Virus record (IMG/VR): IMGVR_UViG_3300038379_000623
Location: 1 to 26,961 of that record
Length of the DNA stretch: 26,961 nucleotides
Source: a virus
Lineage: Duplodnaviria > Caudoviricetes
Reading direction: 5' to 3' (one strand)
Position 1 is the stretch's first letter, and each line of letters starts with the position of its first letter. Made by a program: the position numbers and the translations under genes. The notes beneath the pieces are model-generated. The model was not told the DNA's origin and did not search any database. It saw nothing but the letters and a program-made list of their open reading frames with translations. Positions 8,020 to 13,423 of the stretch are shown here, in pieces.

Positions 8020-8265
8020 ATGGAAAAAATACTGGCAAACATCGAAATGGCTGTCTCTAACGGCGTCAAACGGGCAAATAGGCGCGAGTTTGAGATTGGC
8101 GACCTTGTGGAACGAAGCGGACAACCTGATTGTATTTTTGAAGTAGTTGGGTGCATTCACGATACAGAAAGACTATTTGTTATCGACCGTACTGGACGAT
8201 TCGCCAAGGGGAAGGAATTTGAAATGTGTTTTGCCGAAGTATCCAGGCAATTTCGTGCCGTATAA
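8020..8265 (+). CDS. Cassette ORF: hypothetical protein (FEIGDLV, possibly SH3/KOW-like)
   Basis: AAGGTGG before ATG 8020; 3' half of track ORF 7783..8265; the stop is in the GTATAAC core of site 5. Confidence 0.65.
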   Translation: MEKILANIEMAVSNGVKRANRREFEIGDLVERSGQPDCIFEVVGCIHDTERLFVIDRTGRFAKGKEFEMCFAEVSRQFRAV

Positions 8266-8338
8266 CGAAACGATGGAGGTAACGCGCGCCATGACCAAGC
8301 ATGCAAACGATGCAACGCCATTAAGCGATTTGTCAGAT
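8260..8338 (-). repeat. attC-like site 5 (degenerate; contains RBS and start of the next ORF)
   Basis: GTATAAC...GGAGGT...ATG(8291)...GTCAGAT. GTCAGATTG (8332-8340) is exactly complementary to CAATCTGAC (8471-8479). Confidence 0.6.
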
Positions 8339-8503
8339 TGTCCTGTGTGCGATGGATACGGCGGCATTCGGTTTCAGCGGTGTTGCGGTCGTGATCGCAA
8401 CGGCGAATGCTGCGGAGACCCGAAAATCGATGTCGAACAATGCCACGCTTGCGGCGGCAGCGGACAAGTGCAATCTGACGATGGAGCTAAGCAGCATGAG
8501 TGA
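8291..8503 (+). CDS. Cassette ORF: DnaJ-type zinc-finger mini-protein
   Basis: CPVCDGYG and CHACGGSG (CxxCxGxG twice) plus two CCG; RBS GGAGGT. Confidence 0.8.
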   Translation: MTKHANDATPLSDLSDCPVCDGYGGIRFQRCCGRDRNGECCGDPKIDVEQCHACGGSGQVQSDDGAKQHE

Positions 8504-8544
8504 AGCGCAGCGTAACGAATGTCCTCTTGAGCGGGTTGTTAGCC
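8473..8544 (-). repeat. attC-like site 6 (contains start of the MTase-like ORF)
   Basis: ATCTGAC...GCTAAG...CTTGAGC...GTTAGCC. GTTAGCCCCGTTT is complementary to AAATGGGGCTAAC (9096-9108), 12/13. Confidence 0.75.
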
Positions 8545-9107
8545 CCGTTTTGGTGGGCTGCGAGGAAAGCCAGGTTGTTTGCAAGGCGTTTCGGGATGCC
8601 GGACATGAAGCCTACTCTTGCGACTTGCAGCCGACACGCGGAAATCCCGATTGGCACTTTCAGCAGGACATTATGGAAGTGATACCGATCCGGCGATGGG
8701 GGCTGATAATTCTGCACCCGGATTGCACGGCGCTGGCAGTAAGCGGGAATCGCTGGTATGGACGCGGGATGCCGAGACACAGCGAGAGAGAGAGAGCAAT
8801 CAAGTGGACTCTGGATTTGTGGGAGCTGGCAAAAATGCACAGTGACAGGGTGGCACTGGAAAACCCGGTGAGTGTGATATTTACGCACTTACCGAATGTG
8901 TTTTACACACAGCCGTATGACCACGGGCACGGAGAAACGAAAAAGACCGGCTTTGCACTGCATAATCTGGAGCCGCTGGAACCGACGAACAAGGTTGAAG
9001 GCCGGGAACAGCGGATATGGAAAATGCCACCTTCGGCCACGCGGAAACGCGACAGGAGCGAGACGTTTCCCGGGATTGCTGCCGCGATGGTGAGGAAATG
9101 GGGCTAA
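8496..9107 (+). CDS. Cassette ORF: short phage C5-cytosine DNA methyltransferase-like protein
   Basis: VLVGCEESQVV...AYSCDL (SAM-binding region), HPDCT (motif IV-like), LENP (motif VI), RSETFPGIAAAMV.KWG; GGAG before ATG 8496. Confidence 0.75.
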   Translation: MSEAQRNECPLERVVSPVLVGCEESQVVCKAFRDAGHEAYSCDLQPTRGNPDWHFQQDIMEVIPIRRWGLIILHPDCTALAVSGNRWYGRGMPRHSERERAIKWTLDLWELAKMHSDRVALENPVSVIFTHLPNVFYTQPYDHGHGETKKTGFALHNLEPLEPTNKVEGREQRIWKMPPSATRKRDRSETFPGIAAAMVRKWG

Positions 9108-9182
9108 CGCTCCGCATGAGCGGCAGACGAAGGAGGAATGAAATGACGACTGAGACTGTCCGACTTGATGCGCTTGTTATGC
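9102..9182 (-). repeat. attC-like site 7 (RBS and ATG in its loop)
   Basis: GGCTAAC GCTCCGCATGAGCGGCAG-[ACGAAGGAGGAATGAAATGACGACTGAGA]-CTGTCCGACTTGATGCGCTT GTTATGC. Unit ends GTTATGCGCC / GACGCATAAC pair 9/10. Confidence 0.85.
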
Positions 9183-9460
9183 GCCTTCGTGCGGCTGCGG
9201 CTAACAAGGCGCTGGATATTGGCACGGCGTGGAAGTTATTGGATGAATCAGCCGATGTAATTGAAAAGATTTTTAACGGCCTAGATTGCGAAACTGAGTG
9301 CCCTTGCTGCCAAGAAAACACAGAGTGCCTCGAAGGCTGTACGTTCTCAACTGATTCATACGATGGGTATGGGCGGATGCAATTCTTTCGCGAACTGCTG
9401 ACGCATAACGGCGTTTTCAGTGGCACGCCGTCAGGCGGGTCCGCCGGAAAACAGGGTTAG
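9143..9460 (+). CDS. Cassette ORF: Cys-rich hypothetical protein
   Basis: RBS AGGAGG; CETECPCC...CLEGC; starts in site 7 and stops at the TAG within GTTAG of site 8. Confidence 0.75.
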   Translation: MTTETVRLDALVMRLRAAAANKALDIGTAWKLLDESADVIEKIFNGLDCETECPCCQENTECLEGCTFSTDSYDGYGRMQFFRELLTHNGVFSGTPSGGSAGKQG

Positions 9461-9462
9461 GT
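9403..9462 (-). repeat. attC-like site 8 (60 bp)
   Basis: GCATAAC GGC GTTTTCAGTGG...CCGCCGGAAAAC AGG GTTAGGT. Unit ends GTTAGGTTGC / GCAACCTAAC pair 10/10. Confidence 0.85.
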
Positions 9463-9478
9463 TGCGATTGGAGGGCAC

Positions 9479-9709
9479 ATGAATTTTGTACAGGTAACAG
9501 ACCGGCTACCACAAGCCAAGGAAACTGTATTGGTTCGCGGATGGGGCGAAGGCAAGAAACACTACATTTATGGATTCGCCTGCATTGAACCATTGCGTAG
9601 CGGTGGCTGGCGTTGGTGGTCGCATGACCATGGTGAGGAGCTGTGGTTCGAGCCGATTGCATGGACTGAGCTTGAGCAACCTAACGCTGCGGTTGAGCCG
9701 CCGGCGTAG
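9479..9709 (+). CDS. Cassette ORF: DUF551-like protein
   Basis: FVQVTDRLP...VLV...W...PIAWTEL pattern; RBS GGAGG. Confidence 0.7.
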   Translation: MNFVQVTDRLPQAKETVLVRGWGEGKKHYIYGFACIEPLRSGGWRWWSHDHGEELWFEPIAWTELEQPNAAVEPPA

Positions 9710-9737
9710 CCGGTCCGCCTCGAACCGCTTGTTATGC
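9679..9737 (-). repeat. attC-like site 9 (59 bp, best conserved)
   Basis: Minus strand: GCATAAC AAGCG GTTCGAGG CGGACCGGCTACGCCGGCGG CTCAACC GCAGC GTTAGGT, i.e. R''-spacer-L''(extra C)...L'-spacer-R'. Unit ends GTTATGCCTCAA / TTGAGGCATAAC pair 12/12. Confidence 0.9.
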
Positions 9738-9756
9738 CTCAATGTTGGAGGACAAA

Positions 9757-10029
9757 ATGAAAGCAACAGAATACTGCGATGTATTGAACCTGGAAATGCG
9801 GTTGACGTACTACCCAAACCAGGGTGGCCGGTGGACCGCATTTTTTGAAAATTGCGAACTGAAGGAAACACCGGATTCCGGTGTTCTTTGCGGTGCGTAT
9901 GGAAATGGGGCCTCTCCGGCATTGGCGATTGCCGATTACGTGAACAGGATTCGCGGCAAGACGTTGGTTGTCGATGCGATGAGCCCACAGCGCCGTGTTT
10001 ACATGGTGCCTGAATCGCTTGAGGCATAA
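9757..10029 (+). CDS. Cassette ORF: hypothetical protein (YGNGASPALAIADY)
   Basis: RBS GGAGG; the TAA stop lies in the GCATAAC core of site 10. Confidence 0.8.
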   Translation: MKATEYCDVLNLEMRLTYYPNQGGRWTAFFENCELKETPDSGVLCGAYGNGASPALAIADYVNRIRGKTLVVDAMSPQRRVYMVPESLEA

Positions 10030-10076
10030 CGTTGGAGTTAACGCGACCTTCGGTCGCGTTCGACGACGAGTTGGAT
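10024..10076 (-). repeat. attC-like site 10 (53 bp)
   Basis: GCATAAC...AACGCGAC-CTTCG-GTCGCGTT...GTTGGAT. Unit ends GTTGGATTT / AAATCTAAC pair 8/9. Confidence 0.8.
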
Positions 10077-10091
10077 TTGGAGAATTGCGAT

Positions 10092-10325
10092 ATGCACAAA
10101 ACAGATAGTCACACCCCCGATGGCAAGCGCGGCGAGGTATTCGCTGCTTCCATGCTACGCGACATTCTTCTCGCTGGCGATAATTTGCGCGGATATGGGC
10201 AAGAGGCACCTTGGGAAACGGTTGCGCATTACGTCATAAACCTTGAGCGACGAGTGTGCGAATTGGAAGATATGCTGAAATCTAACGGCCCGCTAACCGG
10301 CGAGCCGGAAGGCGAGTCCGGTTGA
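10092..10325 (+). CDS. Cassette ORF: hypothetical protein
   Basis: GGAG before ATG 10092; the tail SNGPLTGEPEGESG is encoded by site 11. Confidence 0.7.
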   Translation: MHKTDSHTPDGKRGEVFAASMLRDILLAGDNLRGYGQEAPWETVAHYVINLERRVCELEDMLKSNGPLTGEPEGESG

Positions 10326-10339
10326 GCGGAGAGTTATAC
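10280..10339 (-). repeat. attC-like site 11 (60 bp)
   Basis: ATCTAAC GGC CCGCTAACCGG...CCGGTTGAGCGG AGA GTTATAC; the stem has a single extrahelical G in the right arm on +. Confidence 0.9.
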
Positions 10340-10349
10340 GGAGGTATGT

Positions 10350-10613
10350 ATGGCAAGCAGCTTTGCTCCTTGGTGGAAAAGGCTTTTGTTTAAGACGCCA
10401 CTCTACAAGCGCGGACCATGCCAAAACTACCATTTGAGAACCGACAAGTTTTGTTTCTGCCGTGTTAACGAGCACTGCGGAGATTGGAATGGCGGTATCT
10501 ACAGTTTCGAGACAGGGCAAGAATTGTTCCTCGATACTTCACGACCGCGGGCCACGAAAGACCGGAAGTGCGCCGACCTGTCCCGGTCGGCTCGATTAAA
10601 TTGTGGGGCGTAA
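10350..10613 (+). CDS. Cassette ORF: hypothetical protein
   Basis: RBS GGAGGT directly after site 11. Confidence 0.65.
   Translation: MASSFAPWWKRLLFKTPLYKRGPCQNYHLRTDKFCFCRVNEHCGDWNGGIYSFETGQELFLDTSRPRATKDRKCADLSRSARLNCGA
10583..10609 (-). repeat. Degenerate right half of attC-like site 12
   Basis: CCGGTCGGCTCGATTAAATT GTGGGGC resembles CCGGTCGGCCTCGAACTGCTT GCTATGG of site 2. Confidence 0.4.
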
Positions 10614-10624
10614 ACGGAGGCACT

Positions 10625-10762
10625 ATGACTGAAGGCGATATTTTCCAGATTCTTTGGCTTTTGGGTGGACTTGCACTTCCGTTCTTCCCGATTGCCGCAC
10701 TGGTTTATTTATTACTGCTTGTTGCGGCATTGTTTGTACCAGCGTCATGGTTTGGTTTATGA
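10625..10762 (+). CDS. Small membrane protein (45 aa)
   Basis: RBS GGAGG; MTEGDIFQILWLLGGLALPFFPIAALVYLLLLVAALF..., almost entirely hydrophobic. Confidence 0.7.
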   Translation: MTEGDIFQILWLLGGLALPFFPIAALVYLLLLVAALFVPASWFGL

Positions 10763-10835
10763 CGCCTGACAAGGAATAGACCGCCCAACTGCGGTAATAC
10801 AACGCCGCAATCGCCCACAATACAGGAGAACCGGA

Positions 10836-10994
10836 ATGAAACATCCCGTCTCGCTGTTCCGATCCGCACTGGTGCTGGCGCTGCTCGCTGTACTGCTCGA
10901 CGGCGCCGGCTGCCGCGCTCACGTACAGCCGCGCAGTGCTGGCGTAGTCTACGCCACGGGCGGCGTCTGCGATCCGTGCGGTGCCGTGCAATGA
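10836..10994 (+). CDS. Small secreted/membrane peptide (52 aa)
   Basis: Below the track cutoff. RBS AGGAG; MKHPVSLFRSALVLALLAVLLDGAGC...; ATGA overlap with the next gene. Confidence 0.55.
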   Translation: MKHPVSLFRSALVLALLAVLLDGAGCRAHVQPRSAGVVYATGGVCDPCGAVQ

Positions 10995-11221
10995 AAGCGC
11001 ATCATGCGTTGGGCATCGGCCTTATTTGCATCGGCATCGTGGTCGCGGTCGGTGTGTATACCCTGCCGCCGTATCTCAGGGCGCATGCAGACGCCGAGGC
11101 ACGATTCGCGCTGCTACGGGAGCAGGATGCCGTAATGCAGGCGATGGCCGAAACCATCGCCGAGTGCAATGCCGCGCTCAGGAAGGCCGGCGTAACCTTC
11201 AACCACCGACAGGAGGACTGA
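10991..11221 (+). CDS. Hypothetical protein with N-terminal TM and helical tail
   Basis: MKAHHALGIGLICIGIVVAVGVY...; coupled start. Confidence 0.7.
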   Translation: MKAHHALGIGLICIGIVVAVGVYTLPPYLRAHADAEARFALLREQDAVMQAMAETIAECNAALRKAGVTFNHRQED

Positions 11222-11223
11222 CC

Positions 11224-11460
11224 ATGTATGACAGTAGAGAGAAAGAGCAGAGCAGTGAGACGATGCGAATCCCTGCGGACGAACTTGCCAAGGTACGGGG
11301 GGAGGCGATCAACGAGTTTCTGCTTCTTCTGAGCCTTGGCTATCGCCCGATAGCAGCGTTCGAGCGCGTCACGGGGAGGCCGGGCACGGAAGCGATGCGC
11401 GCCCTCGAGCACGTGGCCATTGGCAAGTCGTTGAATTGCGAGGACAGTTTCAAATCTTGA
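11224..11460 (+). CDS. Hypothetical protein
   Basis: RBS AGGAGG; MYDSREKEQ... Confidence 0.7.
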   Translation: MYDSREKEQSSETMRIPADELAKVRGEAINEFLLLLSLGYRPIAAFERVTGRPGTEAMRALEHVAIGKSLNCEDSFKS

Positions 11461-11485
11461 CACACGCGCGAATAGCTGAGAACAT
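11457..11485 (+). promoter_or_regulatory. Possible sigma70-type promoter for the recombination/replication operon
   Basis: TTGACA, a 17-nt spacer containing CACGCGCG, then a weak -10 GAACAT, at an intergenic gap. Confidence 0.35.
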
Positions 11486-11548
11486 TGCATGCGCAGCGGC
11501 ACTCGCCTCCTGCGCGATTTGAATTCAACCCGGAAAGGAGATCGATCC

Positions 11549-11815
11549 ATGGCAAAGAGAAACGGCACCCGCACTACCGTCGGCCCTGTGCAGTCGGGCA
11601 TTCCACTACCGTCGAGAATGGCAGGAGTGCGTGGCACTTCCAAGTACCCCCTGCGCATGCTGCGCGTCGGGCAATCCTTTGAGGTGTCCGGAAAGACTGC
11701 ACCCGCCAGACTTCGGGGGACGATCTCGAATCTCTTGCAGGTGCACCCGGAGTTCAAGGGCCGGTTTGCCACCCGCAAGACCGAACAGGGCGTGCGGGTA
11801 TGGCGCGTCAAGTGA
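11549..11815 (+). CDS. Small basic putative DNA-binding phage protein (GIPLP...KYP...VGxSF...GVRVWR type)
   Basis: RBS AAAGGAG; characteristic motif series. Confidence 0.8.
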   Translation: MAKRNGTRTTVGPVQSGIPLPSRMAGVRGTSKYPLRMLRVGQSFEVSGKTAPARLRGTISNLLQVHPEFKGRFATRKTEQGVRVWRVK

Positions 11816-11823
11816 GCCCTGCC

Positions 11824-12009
11824 ATGAGTGAAGACACATTGATGCAGGCTGTCCTGAACCTGAACGATCTGCGGCGCTCCGTGCTGGAGGGGAAGGAAGT
11901 TTCAGCTACAGAGTACGCCCGTCTGATAGAGGAGCTGCGCGCCGCCCGGGAGGCAGCCCCGAAAAGAAAACGTCCCGGCAAGGCAAAGAACGATGCCGAC
12001 CCCGCGTAA
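11824..12009 (+). CDS. Hypothetical protein
   Basis: Fills the operon gap; helical with a basic tail. Confidence 0.65.
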   Translation: MSEDTLMQAVLNLNDLRRSVLEGKEVSATEYARLIEELRAAREAAPKRKRPGKAKNDADPA

Positions 12010-12295
12010 CCTGAATCAGTACCCGATCAGCTACCTGACTGCGCTATTGAGAGCTGCGGTGAAACCCGTGACCTTCGCGTGTGACAGCCCGGGCAGTGCA
12101 AAGACGCTGCGGGGGGAACTCTACCTGATGCGTGCCAAGCTGGTACGTGAAGCGGGGAAGCGCAAGCGCGGGCGCCTCGTAACGACAGCAGGCACGATCC
12201 GGCGCGTAAGGATGCGCGTTGTCAACAGCTCCCTCATTCTGGAGCCGCGCCTCACCAAGGGCGAACTCGTCACACGGGCGATGGAGGAGCGATGA
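11993..12295 (+). CDS. Hypothetical basic protein
   Basis: Overlaps both neighbours in operon fashion; MPTPRNLNQYP... Confidence 0.7.
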   Translation: MPTPRNLNQYPISYLTALLRAAVKPVTFACDSPGSAKTLRGELYLMRAKLVREAGKRKRGRLVTTAGTIRRVRMRVVNSSLILEPRLTKGELVTRAMEER

Positions 12296-12516
12296 CATAT
12301 CCACTGGAGGCATTCAGGTTTGCCCTGCTGCACGCCCGCACCGTGGCAGACGTGCTGCGGGCATACAAGGAGTTCGCGTCATTCTACGGCGTTCATGCGG
12401 AACTGCCGGAGGAGCAGTGGGCGCGCATATCCGCCGCGCTCGCCTTGGGCGATTCCATTCAACTTCCCTTGAAGGAGGGTATCCATGACAGCAATTCCAT
12501 TCCCGCAGGGGATTGA
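12292..12516 (+). CDS. Hypothetical protein
   Basis: RBS GGAGGAG; ATGA overlap. Confidence 0.7.
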   Translation: MTYPLEAFRFALLHARTVADVLRAYKEFASFYGVHAELPEEQWARISAALALGDSIQLPLKEGIHDSNSIPAGD

Positions 12517-13423
12517 CTCGACGATGCGGGGGGCATTCGTCTCCTGTCCCCGGAAATTCTACTGGGAGTTCATGCGGCACAAGCGCCCCATGACCCCCTC
12601 CGTACACCTGCATGCAGGGGCCGCGTTCGCACGGGGGCTGGAGGTGGCGCGCATCGAATTCTACGGCAACGGCAAGAGCGCACAGGAGGCAGTCGGTCTT
12701 GGCGCCATCGCACTGACGCGCTCCTACGGGGAGTTCTCGCCGACCAACCCCTACAGCGGTAAAACCTGGGACGGTATGCTGGGAGCGTATGCCGCCTACT
12801 TCCTCAAGTGGCCTCTCGACAGCGACCCCCTGATTCCCCTGCGCAAAATCGACGGCACTCCCTACGTTGAATTCTCCTTCGCCGTACCTGTCCCGGGCAC
12901 GCGCCATCCCGATACGGGCGACCCGATCCTGTATACAGGGCGTGCCGACATGATCGGAGAGGTGCAGGGGCTCAAGTTCATCGTGGACGAGAAAACCACC
13001 AGCCTCCTCGGCGCTTCCTGGAGCAGGCAGTGGGACTTGCGTGGGCAGTTCATTGGATACGTATGGGCTGCGCAGCAGTCCGGCATCGACGTGTGCGGCT
13101 CCCGCATTCGCGGTATCTCCATCCTGAAAAGCGGCTACGGAACGGCGGATGCCGTCATGTACGCGCAGCAGTGGAAGATAGACTCGTGGCTGCGCTCGCT
13201 GCGCTACGACGTGGATCGGATGGTGCGGCTGTGGGTCGGCTCCGAGAGCAGGAATAGCGCAGCCTCCCACGCCTGGCCCCAGGCCTACGATCACGCCTGC
13301 ACGGCGTATGGAGGGTGCCCGTTCGTGGAGCTGTGCAGCGTGGAGCACCCCGAAGAATGGGCTGAAACGAATTTTCGTGAAGAAGTCTGGAACCCCCTGA
13401 CGAAGGAGACTGGCAATGACTGA
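12485..13423 (+). CDS. Cas4/AddB-like PD-(D/E)XK exonuclease
   Basis: DST...CPRKFYW; GRADMI; VDEKTT; QFIGY; C-terminal CTAYGGCPFVELC (1+3 Cys Fe-S pattern); RBS AAGGAGG. Confidence 0.88.
   Translation: MTAIPFPQGIDSTMRGAFVSCPRKFYWEFMRHKRPMTPSVHLHAGAAFARGLEVARIEFYGNGKSAQEAVGLGAIALTRSYGEFSPTNPYSGKTWDGMLGAYAAYFLKWPLDSDPLIPLRKIDGTPYVEFSFAVPVPGTRHPDTGDPILYTGRADMIGEVQGLKFIVDEKTTSLLGASWSRQWDLRGQFIGYVWAAQQSGIDVCGSRIRGISILKSGYGTADAVMYAQQWKIDSWLRSLRYDVDRMVRLWVGSESRNSAASHAWPQAYDHACTAYGGCPFVELCSVEHPEEWAETNFREEVWNPLTKETGND

Larger units (their letters stand above)
6683..10770. mobile_element. Array of integron-like gene cassettes with attC-like sites and no integrase in the window (CALIN-like)
   Basis: About 12 RYYYAAC...GTTRRRY-bounded imperfect hairpins (mostly 47-102 bp) alternate with small ORFs. 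Most units have complementary ends, and composition is visibly less GC-rich than the flanks. Confidence 0.85.

Noticed and set aside
7783-8265. Single 160-aa ORF
   Set aside because: Better explained as two genes, 7794..7997 (strong RBS, Cys motif) and 8020..8265, split at a core-like site.
6683-10339. Array as CRISPR, REP/BIME elements or simple terminators
   Set aside because: The repeats are divergent, separated by gene-sized units, lack poly-T tails, and have AAC/GTT boxes with unit-specific end pairing.
10836-11221. Spanin or lysis pair
   Set aside because: TM and Cys features are suggestive, but the gene order and early-region context do not fit, and no endolysin is adjacent.
12485-13423. 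Cas4 as evidence of a CRISPR-Cas system
   Set aside because: No cas1, cas2 or effector genes; the context (Sak4-like, SSB-like) is a standard phage recombination module.
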